From the NCBI RefSeq assembly GCF_003704095.1, contig NW_020843645.1, forward strand, positions 62,001 through 126,000: 64,000 bases of DNA, written 5' to 3'. Source of the DNA: Pocillopora damicornis. Its lineage: Eukaryota. Of this stretch, positions 13,501 through 27,500 are shown piece after piece; the stretch's first letter is position 1; every line of letters begins with the position of its first letter. Below the pieces are notes generated by a model, which worked only from the letters and a program-made list of their open reading frames with translations, searched no databases and was not told the DNA's origin. The position numbers were made by a program, and so were the translations under genes.

Positions 13501-16500
13501 CAATTTGAATTATTAGCCATTTAAGACATGAAAAAATAGGAGCAGATAGAAATTGTTGCACCACACCATTTTGCCATAACATGATCTCGCCTCTTTGTTG
13601 ATAAGTGTTTCCTTTCAGTAAGGAAATGATCGTACAGTATCTGTATAAAATTACATACTGTTAACCTATTTTGTAACCACTATTTTCTTCCCAAATGATA
13701 AGATTTTGTATGTGGAAACTGTAATTTTGACAATGGAACATCTTCCCTGTCCCTCTCATGCTTCAGCTGCCTCAAATTTTGGAACAAAATGCACCGAGTT
13801 TTCGATGTCATTGAATAAATACCAAACTGCTCCCAAAAAAAAAAAAAAAAAAAAGCCCTCTTTGCTGATATAGTAAATAAAAATATTCAAAGTAAGTTCA
13901 GAAGAGTAGCATATGAGCGTGAGTTGATAAAGTTCCTCTGATCAAACTTGAATGTTTCTGCTAACCTAATTGGCGTTTCATTTCACGAAGCTCTAACGGT
14001 TTTTCCTTCAGTTTCCTCTTTCCTCTTACTTTCGCGATAAAAAGATAAAGTGAAACTGAATGAAATGGCGACGAGTTTTACGCAAGTGTTGAAGCGAATC
14101 CGAAGTAATCTCTCATGATGACTAGTGTATGAACAGCGTCAACAGTACGCGGTCTGGAAAGCTTTGCATAAAATCTAGACAGTGCGAGACACAACAGCAA
14201 ATACCTATCAGGAAACGATGAAAAAAAAGATTCTTTGTCAAAGTGTCCCTCTATTTTCAAAATAATCAATGTTCAGAAAACAGTGTTTTTCTTGTCTGAT
14301 GAAACGATTGTCGACGATGGATTCATGTTGTATTGAGGATGACGGTGTAGGTCGACTAAAACCAACTGAGAAAACCTCGTGTTACTCAGACAGGTCGTGT
14401 CGGTTCATTTTTGTATGCAAATCGCAATCATCTTGATAGCAACGATTTGGAAAGAGGTAAGGCAATGTTTATTGTAGAAATACTGCAATAAATACATTTG
14501 AAACTCACTAGTATAATCCCAAGGAGGATTTTAGAGCGCGTGTACACCTCGTGCTGTAGCGTGTTTAGGAATCGCCTCTACTTGCCGGCTCCCTCTGCTG
14601 CTGCTGTTCGTATTGTTTTTCTATAACACAGACAAAAATACATTAGTACATAAATTCAAAATTGAATTATCTAGCAAGAAGGCACGAAATATTCGGTTTA
14701 CAAGAAAAACGTTGAAATGCAATGAAGAAGTCACAACTCGATCAGGGCAGCGCGAATACATGTGGTATGATTCAGTCACAAATTACCACGAGTATTGACT
14801 GACTCTGGCCCTCTAAGAAAATGACAAAGCATTTTTCATGTTGTTTGTATGAGATTTAGACTTTCAGATCTTTAAAAATCCATCGCTCATTTCTTGCAAA
14901 CCATCATATAATGCAGTTGACAATAACTTGTGGCTTAGTCAGTCTGGCTGTTGCAAACTTACATCCGAAGTACGGCGCTTTCAGCATCTCTCAAATTTTC
15001 TCCTTCTTTAAAAACCAGTTCGCATATGTTGCCTGAATATTAACGACGCTGATCTATTTTCTAACAGACTTTTGAATACAATGGTTTTTTCTAGCTGTGA
15101 GCTGATAAGGGAATCTCACTCAGACAGCCAGGGTTCAATTTCAATGACTTTCTCCGCCAGTTAATTTAGAGACTAAATAGGCAAGTAAGATTACATCGTT
15201 GTAATAGTTACAAGCTACAAAATATCGAAACTCAGCCCATCTTCTTTTGCTTTGTTTGACAAAATCTCCGACCTGGTTTGCTCAACTTATCTCACCATCG
15301 CTTGTTCGTCACATTAAAGTTGTCCCGTTCTGTAATCGAACAGAATCCCATCGGATATTTTACCTTCCTTTGGCGCAAGTGCAGAAAATGTTCTATTTGT
15401 ACATTTCACTCGCTGCTTTCTCTCAAAAATCACGCAAATGCCAGGACAATGATGCAATTGGCCGGTCAACATTTGTATATTCCAATGCAAAGTAAAACAT
15501 ATTTTGACAAAGAGATTTCTCGATATGACACACAACTTCGAGCCAGTCGGTATGTACGTCTGGTGTGAACTCTATAGGAAATAATTGAAATGTTCATAAT
15601 TAACAGCGTGAAGTTATGTAGTATGTAGAAGTTTGGTACCTTGATAAATTGTAATTTCCATTTCTGCGTGAGGTTCGATGGTGTCACACATCGGTGGTCC
15701 AAAAAAACCGTTCTTCTCGTCCTAACGTTTTCTAGTACTCAGCGGTCGGACTAAAAACCTCACTGTCTGGGAAAGCACAATTATGCAAATTTCCGTCGGT
15801 ATGCAATTCAAATATCTCCGTCTAATTATCTTGCTGTTATTACGATATCTGCCGTGCTGAAAAAAAAAAGCCCGCTTTCTCGAAAAAGTAGCTTTTATCC
15901 AGGTGCCAGGGTTGAAAGACCCAGACAAAGAAATTTGATCGTTTTTATCGAGTTTTATTTCGGATCTCGCATAGCGGCCAAAACTAGACGTGACGGCGAA
16001 ATTGAAGAGTTTAGTTAAACAACATTGCTAAACGAAGAACAATGACATTTTATTTAGAAACAACTGGATGATTGTGACGCCAGGGTATTCAGCAAATCCA
16101 TATAACCTTGATTCGTAACAGATAGGGAAATGTTAATACTTTAGAAACAATGACAGCATGTCGGTCGTTGGTCGCTGAGTTCCTGTGATGCTTAAACACA
16201 ATATAACTTCCGGTGGTGGAACGCAAACGGTACCAAAACAATAGAATTTCCAGACGAATATTTTTCCCCGGTCAAAGGTATCTTTTTGTTGTGAACTGTC
16301 ATCGAGTAAAGCGAAACCTATATACCTTGACGAGGTCGATTCCACTGCAGATAAGATAAGATGGTGGAAAATCAATCTTCAAGGCTTTTCATTTCATTTA
16401 ATTACTGATTTCAAACGGCATTTGTTGGCGCGCGTGTTCTCTTCGCGACGCTTTCGTGACATTCTGAAAGATGACACTCTGTAGGCATTCGTTGTATGAT

Positions 16501-17466
16501 AACGAAAACACGCCATCCCGTTTGGCATTCCAATCACGCTATTTTCTAGACATAGCGTGACGTTTGAGTGACAGTCATTACATAACAGATGTGATGGACG
16601 CGATAGAGAGCAGGTCCGTAAGGACTCTCGGCTTTGCTAAATCCTAATAAAGAATGGCCCATTCTTTAAAAAGTATTTCATTCAACACAGTTTTCTTCAA
16701 TACGTGCATTGTCCTTCTTCGCCTCACTTAAGTTTTCGTTGTTATGCTAAGCAAGCTGGTTTACGATTGCAGCGGAAAAATCAATCTCTCTCACTTTAAA
16801 ATGACAATAGCATAAACTCTTTTATTCAAATTCTGCTCGCATTCTGACTTATCAGCATGGAGAAGAGACAATACAGGTGTCGAATGTATAAACAGGATTG
16901 ATTTAAGCCTCAGATCGTGAGTAAACACAGGTGTCTAAAAGGGTTATTAACTTAAAGGTTTAAAACCTCCATTACATTGTAAAGAGAAGTGGTCTATCAT
17001 CTGAAGAATTCGTCGAAAGGTTGGGACTTTTTAATTTGTACTCTAAAGTCCTCAGGGGTTCCGTTCTGTGCTGCCGAAAATAAACAGAATTTATACCTAT
17101 AGTAACCAGACGGTTTACGAGTAGTTTGATGTTTACATACCGTTTAATACCTCTCAAAATGACGGTTTCGGAATGAGTCAAAGTGACCCAGACTAACGAT
17201 CCACAAAAAATTAGTATCAATTACTTAACAATTACGATCTTTAAGTAGGCCATCGTAATTTATGCGCATGCTTTGTAAGCACCACTCTTGCGCAATGACA
17301 TCAATTCAAACACCTTGCTCATTGTTACGTTCTTCATGCGACCGTTGAAATCTGATCAATATTTCTCTCTCATGGCTGCCTTAAATTCCTCTGTAAATTA
17401 GTGAGGAGAGTCAAGATAACATCCATAAGTTGATAAATTCGTTTATAATGACTGAGATATTACGAG

Positions 17467-17710
17467 AGCACTGATTGGTCCAAAACCTTCTATTCATTAC
17501 ACCGGAAAATCCATGGAAAATTAAAGATTATTTTATAAAAGCAATAGACCGCACTTCCTGTTGGTTTACCAGCGTGGCAACCCTCTTTGGATGCTGGGAG
17601 AACACGATAAAAAGTTGGTGAATCACGAGCCGAAGGCGTGTTTCCCCAACATTCCACATGCGTTGTTACGCCGGTTAACTAATAGAAAGTGCTGTCTGAT
17701 TTATTGCTCT
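17467..17710. repeat. Interspersed repeat with long imperfect internal palindrome
   Basis: AAGCAATAGACCGCACTTCC...TGCTGGGAGAACACG versus CGTGTTTCCCCAACA...GAAAGTGCTGTC..TATTGCT. Confidence 0.4.
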
Positions 17711-18062
17711 CATGACTCGTGAGATATTGTGTGTTTCGACGTCTTAGTTGAACAGATCAAAAACTATGAAGTAATCGAGGCGCCAGGGCTCTTTCTCCAT
17801 TCTCTGTTGCAAAATGTTGTATTTTCTACAGGTTCCAGGTTACAGAGTGTTTAGTCCGCAGCATAAACGCACATGTGTGTGTATACTGAACTTATACACT
17901 GGGACCGAAAAACTGCAAAGAAAGCATGTAGTAGGTGTGATTTGCTTTTGATATCTTTCGGGATATTTCGTGATTTTAACTGACTCAGCTTTATTGGATA
18001 TTTCGTGAGATTTCGCGGGATGACTGTACATACATTGTCCTCCCCCCTTACGTTACTTCACT

Positions 18063-18287
18063 TTAGCGCAATTTTCCACTGAGTGTCGAAAGTAATCCGC
18101 GATTGTATGTTTTTCTCTACTGCGCTCTGTGATTGATTCAGAAACTCGCGCCACCTTTTCGACTAACCAGATGCAAAACCAAAGCCAAACGTTGTGGTTG
18201 GCTCCTATGATATTTTCCTCTTTTCTAATTGGCTGTTGTGATCACTGTGGTTTTGGTTTCACCAAACTCATAGAAATGCGCTGTGCT
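18063..18287. repeat. MITE-like interspersed repeat downstream of USP25/28
   Basis: TAGCGCAATTTTCCACTGAGT / ACTCATAGAAATGCGCTG imperfect inverted ends; internal AAAACCAAAG / CTGTGGTTTT. Confidence 0.4.
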
Positions 18288-18383
18288 ATGCCATTTAAAG
18301 AGTAGAACTTCCACACTTATGTTGGTAGTCATTTATTTAATCCAACAAATGCACTTAGCTTGAAAATCTTAAATACGACGCAC

Positions 18384-18389
18384 TTTATT
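18384..18389 (-). promoter_or_regulatory. Candidate polyadenylation signal of USP25/28
   Basis: AATAAA on the minus strand about 210 nt after the stop codon. Confidence 0.5.
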
Positions 18390-18595
18390 TATTCATGCTG
18401 TATGTACAGAAACATCCAAACGCTTTGAAGAATTGAAACTTTGTACCATGCTATCGTCGTGTTTCATTGAGAGAAATGGACGGAAATGTTAATTGTATTT
18501 TTTTTTTGGCTCGAAAAGAGGAGAACGTAGGCGATGTGCTTTGGTGAAGAAGGAAAGGTCTCCCAGAGTTTCGGTTCGTGTTCGGCGCGGCTTCG

Positions 18596-21500
18596 TTACG
18601 TCGTAAAAGCAGCGGGATTAGCGTGTACCAGTTCCATCGCTCGGAAAAATCTATCGCAGAGGTCGCGTGAGCTTGATGGTCGTATAATTGGCGGTGCTTT
18701 GATTTCAGAGCAAGATTCACTTGTGACATCAAGAAGCTTTGGAAGGTATTCTTCAAGTTTGACACGATGGCGATCTAAATAAAAAAAAAAGTGGTAATTT
18801 ATTCAAACTGTTTCATATTAAATTGTGGTAGGGTTGGTCAAGTAGCTTGAACCAATACAAGGTCTTGTATAATAAAGGCATGTCAATCATTCTAAATTAT
18901 TCGACCTCCATGTTTAGAGCACTTGGGTTACAGCGACACTTGCGGAATTAATTCTACTCAAACTCATACAAAGTGCTCAATCTCTCAGTTTAGCCCCTTC
19001 TCGCCAACCCTCCCCTGTATTGCGCTAGAACATTTACTATCAGAAAAATTATAAAGAGGGAGAAGCAAACGGTTAGTGTCTTTTTCACTGAAAAAATAGG
19101 GTGTACTTAAGATCGTCAATGAATGTAATACTAGTGTGCTTTACCATAGCCAAATAGCTTTGGACTTTCCATATATGCTCAACTCCAATTCCTAAAAACT
19201 GCTCGAATTATGAAAATATCAAATTGATATTTCTCCCAGAACTTGACTTGACCTGACTCGAAATTTTCAGTGATTGTAGACACAAGAACCCATTCATACC
19301 AGAAAAACAAGTTTAGTTTAAGGCGGGTTTAACTGAATGAAAATCAGATGGGATGGGATTCAAGTAATTACGAACTTGCATTTTCAATGGGCTTAATTCA
19401 AAATTAAAGCAACCTCTATGAATAAACAATTTTAAACCGTGTTTAAAAAGGCAGTTTTAAAACATTTTAATCTTTGGTGCGAATGGAGCATGGGACTTGC
19501 AAGGGTTTGTCACGTAATCTTGCGTGACGGAACCAGTTGACTCACCATCAAGAGGTAATCCCAAGAAGTTACACCAGCAGCTTCTGACCTGTTCCACAGC
19601 GGCGGCATCGTCGGCCTCCTGTGACGCAATGAGTCGAGGTATACATGGCACCACCAGTTCGCTGACTAGCTCCAGACCCGCGCATACCGATTTCCAATCG
19701 TTACCCTCAAACATCCTTACTGCCAACTCATTCAAACGGAGAAAGCAAACGCGCCGGTAGTGAGCCAGCAGTTTCTCGTCCATGGCTTGGCCGGGCAAGT
19801 CTGGGTTGAAAAGCTTGGAATTCAGTGTACACGCGTGTACCAAATAGGGTAATGCTTCACGAAATCTGCAAACAGAATCATTTTTGAAAACTTAACGTTG
19901 GGTGTAGTTCCTCTGACAAGTGAGTTACCAATAATTTAAATGGTAGAAAGGGTTTAAATTTCGAGTTCATTCCACAACCTTAGAACAAAACAGCAAATTA
20001 AAACTGGAAAAAGTTTGAAAATAAAAAGGTATGATACACAGAAGGAATTGTTCAGTCTAAGGAAAGTTGACATATATAAGCCAATGACCATGTCAAATTA
20101 ACGTTTTAGGTTCCTTAGATTCCAGAAAAGGGGGAGAGAGTGGGTGATCATTTAACGGTCAAGTCACCTAATGAGATTCCAGACATTCTAAGAGGGCACA
20201 CGCTTAAATTTACTAAATGGCATAAATGTCTCCTAAATAAAGCTACTGAGCTCTGCTTCACAAAGAATGTACTATGATGTTGTATAGGGTGTTACAAACT
20301 TTAATTCTTCGGATCAAAAGTGACGAGCTTTGATTGATGTAGTTAACTTGTACGTACTTCGAATTGTGTAAATGCTCAAGACCCGTCAGGAAACAAGAAT
20401 TCACTTTTTGGAATTGGCTGTATTTCTCTTTCCAACCCTGAAAAGGAAGTAGATACATGAAACCATGATCCCCTATCGTACCAAGATCGATTACTGTAGC
20501 TTTCCCGGTTGCACTTCGGGAGGGCAAATGTTACCCATTAAATTTAAAAAGGTTGTAACCTGATGGATTTTACGAGAAAATTACCCTAGGAGAAGAGTCT
20601 TCCTGCAGCTGAATGCGCAATTGACAACAGAGTCAAGTCATCGTAACTTTCAATAGGTACAATGGCATATAACAGAAAGGAACAATAAGCACTCAAAACA
20701 GAGGTGAACGCGCTTGAGCGCGGGAAAATGGACGTGGCTTAGTCAACGAAGAAGATAGCCAACACTAGCAGGTTTGTGGTGAAAAAATGTACCGAAATTT
20801 TGCGTAACCTGGAATTCAATATTTGTTCCTTCTCTTTCTGCATTCAATCTGTTGTGTCCCCACTGTTTCACCAGAAGGAGCCTTAATTGAAGATACATAA
20901 AAGACAATCAATTTCATTAACGTGTTTATCTGTATGTCACTAGTGTCACTATCTCGGCTTTGACTGGTCACTGATAAGCAGCTAACACTGTTTTCGTTTC
21001 GGTCAAATATTTCATGCCAACAGACCTTACTAACAAATACTAACAAACTATTGGCACGTATTGGACACTAAGCTGCACTCCTATCCTCCGTAATGTCCCC
21101 CCCACCACACCCCACCCGACTAAATCGCCATCTTGACTCTTCCACCCAATTTTTACTCTCCAACTTCCTTGAATTTCCCATTCCCTCTCTTCTCTCGATT
21201 TCTAAACTCACGTATCCTCCTCCTGTGTCTTGATATCATCCACAACTTGTTCCAGTATGGCCAAACTGATTGTCTTTTCTTGAGCTTTACACTTCATTAA
21301 ATAAATTGCAAAATGCTCTAGGCGCACATCTCCAGGGTGGTCTGGTGAGTACTCTCGCGAGATCTTCTCCAGATTGGTCCTTTGTTCAATGCACCACTTT
21401 GTCAGTGCTTCCTCTACGCCCAGGCTCCTTGCAGCCTCGGCCAGTGAGTTCAGATCGGAGGTCTTTTCATTTTCTGGTGTATCATGTGTCTGCGTACTGG

Positions 21501-24500
21501 ACTCAGATTCAATAACAACGTCTGGTCTGGGAACTATCGCTTTACATTGATTTTCTGTGCGGGAAATACAATCAAGAATTGATCAATCAGTTAGCTAAAT
21601 AGTCAGTCTGTCAGCCAGTCAGTAATTCTGTAGATCAGTCCGTCAGTCAGTCAGTCTGTCAAACAGTCACTCAGTCTCTTAGCCAATCAGTCAGTCAGTT
21701 TGTCAGTTAGACAGTCAGCGAGCCTAGTCAGTTTATCAGCCAATGGATAACTCTAACTCACACCGTGTGTCGGTCAAACGATCCATCCGAAACAAAAAAG
21801 GTCATCGTTGTTTATTACTTGCCTTAATCTGTGCCCTTACGACTCAAAAGAAATATATTGAAGGCATTGTCATTTACCTCTTGCCCCGGTAAAGAAAATC
21901 GATAGTTTGGGGGTCGTTAGTTTCGATAGAAAACAACTTCCAGATAACTACAAGTTGCACAGTACGTGGGCATTTAAAATTACAGAATCATAATGATTTT
22001 CTTATTTTTCTCCTCTTCTTTACGAAACTTCTGTTTAGGTTGTACCTTTTGAACAGGTCGCTTTTTTTTTTTTTAATATAATCAAAAAGGACAAATTGAA
22101 TCCCCGCTCTTACCCGTCTTCGCGAGTTGTTTCTCGTCCCAGTCTCTCATCTCGTTTTCAAACTCAGCGTTATCTTTATCAACAAGCTCCTTCAAGTCCA
22201 ATGGCAACTCATGTATACTACCACCGGCGCCAATGCAACCTTCGCGACGAGCGTCAATATACATGAGGCAGTACGCACTCACGTTACGATAGCTACCCAG
22301 AGACTCACGAGATACCTCTTCCCACGTGACTTCACTGACTGTGATGTCGTTGAACTTACACCATCTCTGTTGACTGGGATCTTGAATGTATGCCCAGTAA
22401 TGACCGCCTGAAGCTTGACCTTCGTGGACAAGGACTGCGTGAAGACGGTACGGTAACTTAAAGGAAAAAAAGCAAGTAAAACTGAAAAAGGGGTTATGTC
22501 CCTGTTTGTACATATAGAAAAGCCTAAAGTTTTCAATTTCGTTATTAACAGAGCGAGTTCATTTTCTACAATATTCCATCTTCGCCCCTCTGGCATATCT
22601 CTGTTATCGATCTAACTCTTCGTAACCTCTTTCAAGCTGAGACAGTCAAACTCATCAAGAAGTTACCACACCCATACAACACCGCACCGCACCTATTTCT
22701 GACTTTCATTCTGTCATGAATTCTGTATTTGTCAATGAAAAGAGCTGATAATAACTAGGAGGATGATAAAGAACGATTCTTCAAATCTGAAGAAAAAACT
22801 AAAGAGTTTCTTCAACTAATTTAAATATTTTTAAATGCTGAATGTGGGTTAGAGACAATAGCTGACCTCTCCACATCACAGCCCATCTTTTTTGTGTGTT
22901 CACCTATTATTCAAAGAAAAAAGTTCGACTCACTTTCTTAAGATGTGCATCGTCATAAATATTGGAAATGGCGTCTTCGGTTTCTCGAAGGTGGGAGTTT
23001 AGATCTTCCAAACAACAAAATAAAAATCAAGGCTTCAGTCATAATAAATTCTAAGTTAAACACATTACCGCTTCACTACGGCCCACTGTTTGATGAAACA
23101 GCTCCATGAAAAATCCATCAAAAATAACAACCCCTTTAGCGATTTAGTCGATTTCTTAACATCACATAGCCACCGTATGGAAAGAGCTACTGTTTTGCGC
23201 ACGAACATTGTCTTCTTTTTGGGTTTGCAACTGAAGTGAAACAGTACCAAGGATTTTTCACGTTCCTGCAACCAGTTGAAATGAGGTTACGATCTCTCTG
23301 GCTACGACTGCATGCTTGAGAGACTATTCTCCATCTGGGCTTCCTCATCCAGGTCAAATAACCTCTGTCAAACCAGCTTGTGAGCAGCTCGATATAAGCG
23401 CTGCGCCTTAACGCTGAGGCCTTGACGGGGGAACAAGCCAGCAGGGGGACTGGCACTAATATTGTCGTGCGGATCTCGCGGGCTAAAACCAAATCTCGAG
23501 TGGGGGGAAGAAAGGCTCATAGGCTATCATTAGCCTACATACAATGTCTTCTTTTGTTCTTTCAACCAGCATCCCTGATAGCGGAGCTCGCAGAGCGTAG
23601 CCCCATAATTATACAAAATAGTAATAACCCATCAAGCTGAAAAAATTTGGATGTACGACCGTACGACCGTACAAGGTGCTACTTTTAACATGCGTGGTCA
23701 ACTGTACCGCGGGCACGCCAACGCCACGGCTTTGTTCAGTAGTCCAGTGGTTAGTGCACTGGGCTCCGAGTCGGACGACTCGGGTTCTAGTCCTAGCCGG
23801 GGCAAGGCGTTTTGCCCTTGAAACGTGCGGGAAAAAAAATGCGAGCTCCGCTTTTAGGCTTGGCTAAATCTATATATTATTGCATTATTAACGAGTATAT
23901 GAAGTTAAATTACAGCAATATTTCACCTTTAGTATCCTGTTCCATCTCTTGCTTCCACCGCCTTAGGCAGCCCTCCAGCACAGCTACTTCCGTTTCTGTT
24001 ACGTGACGAGGCGCTGGGGTCCACCGTACATCGGATAAAGGGCACGGAGAAGGGGTAGGTGAGTGTGCATCTGTCACCATTCCCATGGTGCTCATGGGCG
24101 TGGGTGAGCCCGACAGAGGAGTTTTCATATCTACATCAACATCGGAATCGAGTTCATCGCTTGATGGAGGAGTGCTTTGAACGAACGATAGAGCACTTTC
24201 TAGAACTTCTTGGATAGGACAACGTCTGGAACCTTGACCGTACTTGAGGTACCTAAAATATGATAAGGAGGTAACGCGTAAAGAAAACTTTGTACCATGG
24301 GGCGAGAGTCTTTTTCTTACAAAACCAACGCCGTGCTGCAATGATAAGTTCTAGTAAGCTTTGTTAAGAATCTATCCGTGTCACATCAATGTTTTTTCCG
24401 CTTTGTATAGCCTTTCGGATCGATTTCAAGTACTTTCAATAGGCGAATCGCGTGATTTCAAGCAAATCTATCGGTTGTAGTCACAGGTTCCCTTAGATTG

Positions 24501-27500
24501 TCAATTACACTGGTCAAGCCCCTCTGTCAGAGCTCTGCAACGAAAAACGTAATCAATATTGCAAATAATCAATTAAAGAACGGATTGGTGAATCGAAAGA
24601 TGATGTTAATGTTTCAACGATCACCATCACAACTTTTTTCTTGACATGACGCAACTGGAAACACGTGACATCGACTCATTAACCATACACAAACGTCACT
24701 CAATGACAATAGAGTTTGAATTCTCACTTTTCAAGGCTGCCTTTAAGCTTGGCTCTTCGTTCTTTTAATTTCTTCACCTCTTCTCTGTACGTTCTCGTTA
24801 TTTCCTTGTTAGGCTCCATGTACCTGTGCCAAGCACAACAAATTATAGAAATATCAGACTCAAACGTAATTACTCACGAAAACGCACTACTCAGCATAGA
24901 ATCAGCATGTCCCAGGCGTCCATTTAGTAAAAACGGGTCGTTCATCATGAGACCCGACCCAGACCTCTCTCGCTTTTTCGGCACTCATGCATTACTATCA
25001 CGCTGTTTACTATTTCGCTCTATTTTACAAACTGAATGCCTTCAAATAGAAAAAGTAATCAGTTAAACTACGTTACATCAATTGAAGGGAGTAAATCATC
25101 TCAGAATGTAATTAAACGTTTGGTTTGGTTACATTCGAACAAATCCCTACCGGTCCATGAAGATAACTCGGTCGAACAAAAATCTCTCATGTATTTTTTC
25201 GGCTCTGCCTGTGGATTGATTGAACAGGAATCTAGAGAGCATGAACTTGAGTACAACTGGAAGACGGGTGAACCAGTGCTAAAAGAAAGGAGAAATCTTC
25301 AGGTTAAGCAAGCAACAGAATCCAAAACGACCCAACTTAAAATGTTGGTATGAAAGTAGCTAACACAGCCAGGCTCCGCCGTAAAACATTGTCGCAAAAA
25401 GTCTTTCGGGTGCTGAACGATGCCACACGATAACATGTTCTCCCATCTGATTTTTAGTCACAAAGTCGCATTATGAAGGGATCAATGCCTTGTGCAGAAG
25501 CTCCGCATCGTCTGTGAATCGACCACTCTGACGTTCAGACCAATGTAAAACGTCTGTTGCATTAAGACATATTAAGAAACCTGTGACAAAATCCATTTTC
25601 ACCACTCATTCGCATTCGCTTTGCATTTTCAGGGTTTGCTGGTGAAATGTGAGTGGATTTAAAAAACTATTTTTGGACGATTTTGCTGGTGGCCGGTTTT
25701 ACTCAAGGCTGGAAAAAGGATTGTAAGCGTGAAGCATCTCTTTTTAACCACCACGGTAATGAACCCATTTTCAGGCTTTTACCCAAACTGACTCTGTTGG
25801 AGTTCATCACCTTGAAATCAAGGCTTCTCAAGCGAAGGTTACAGATTACAGCCGATATACCCCACCTCCTGTCCAGACTTTTGTGATCCTTCGGGACCTA
25901 CTGGTTCAATCTCTACTTGAGCCATAGCTCCTTCTAAGCTGTCATGAAGGTCACCATAGCCTTGAACTTGCAGGGGAAACGCTCCAAATGTTTCCTTCTT
26001 GCTGAAGGTCTTACCTACAGTAAAGCATATGAAGCACATATGTAGTGAAACTATACGATCCAGTTTACCTGTATACTTAGTATTACCTTTGATTCCGACA
26101 AAATCATTTAAGAGTGAGATGAACGTGGAACACAGAAAATGTCTGAATCCCCATAAGGAATCGAACCTTCCTTTGCATAATTCCTTTGCATAATCCCCTC
26201 CCCCCCCTCCATCCTCCGAAAGAAAAAGAAAAAAATCGCCCTGGCGCATCACTTCCCAGAGTACACGCGGAACCAGGATTTTTTTCTGTCGCCGACAGTT
26301 GATGATTGACGCAAGTTATTTCGCTGCGAGAGACGGAATACTAGAGGCACACAGTGGCCTTTATGAAAATGTCTCTCGAACAGATAAATGATTCTTTTTC
26401 GTCATCAAGCAGTTTCCATCTTAAGAGCAGGGATTCCTTGAGAAGATCTTTGGCAAAATTTGAAAGTGTTCCGTTACCGAATCAAATGAAACAAAACAAT
26501 TCCTCAAACCGCATATAACATTCTCTATCATATGGCAAAGTAGTTCTGAGGTAAATCCGAGCGTTCTAATTGGTTCTTAAATGGTCTGTCTTTTGCCATA
26601 AGGACCGTTTCCACGGAAACGGTTAAAAGCCGCGTCGTGTATTTTAGTTCGCGAAAGAAAACAAATTCAAATACACAAGTTTGGTTCGAGTGCCTTATAG
26701 CAAACTACCTATAAATCTGGCTTGCTTTAGCCGTACAGGTGAATACTGGCCCTCGGTCTTTTTTGTACGGACCTCGCGTAATGCCACCACCACAGACCAT
26801 TAATATGTCCCAGCGCGCCCCTCGCGCTCAGTCAGTAAGAAGTAATCATTCGACATAACTAAACTGCACACTCAGGTAACGCAAATAAACTCACCTTCGT
26901 AGACACCTTCCACGTTAGACTCGCCAAAAAACAATTCGACCACAGGATTTAGGTCTTTGCCGCTGCGAAAAAAATTAATGGTGTTCTTTGTGTCTAAACA
27001 AAACACGTTAAGTTTTTTAAATGCTGATATTTTTACAAACCAAGTGAAAAACACATTCTTGATTTTCCATCCAAACCAAACAACCACGAGCTGGTCATTC
27101 AAAGAAAGTTTAGCTGTTATCTAGCAAAGCTTTATTCAGGGTTCGTACCCTTTTTCAGAAAAAAATTTCAAGGAATTTTCCAGGAATTTTCTTATTGCTT
27201 TTGTTAAGCAGATTTCCAGGGCTTTCCAGGACCTGTAGTCTTTTTCGAGGACTTTCCAGTCCTGGAAAATGTCAAAATAAAATTCCAGGACTTTCCAGGT
27301 TTTTCAGGACCCGTACGAACCCTGTTTATTCTAAATCATCTTCATTTGGCCAAACGTTTATTCTCAAGGCTGACTAGTGTGACGAGTGTCAACACAGGAA
27401 AAACCTATATTTATATCAAAAGGCTAACTCTTGAAGAAATATATAACACCAAGACGATACACTTCATTCAATTAACCGGCCCTCGGTGGAAGAGTTGTTC

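Noticed and set aside
13-18000. Many 60-105 aa ORFs from the six-frame track
   Set aside because: No recognisable domains, many have non-ATG starts, and the lengths are what chance gives in AT-rich non-coding DNA.
23733-23803. Possible tRNA-Arg(CCG) gene
   Set aside because: Stems have mismatches and the segment sits inside a transposon-like element; kept only as a tRNA-derived cassette.
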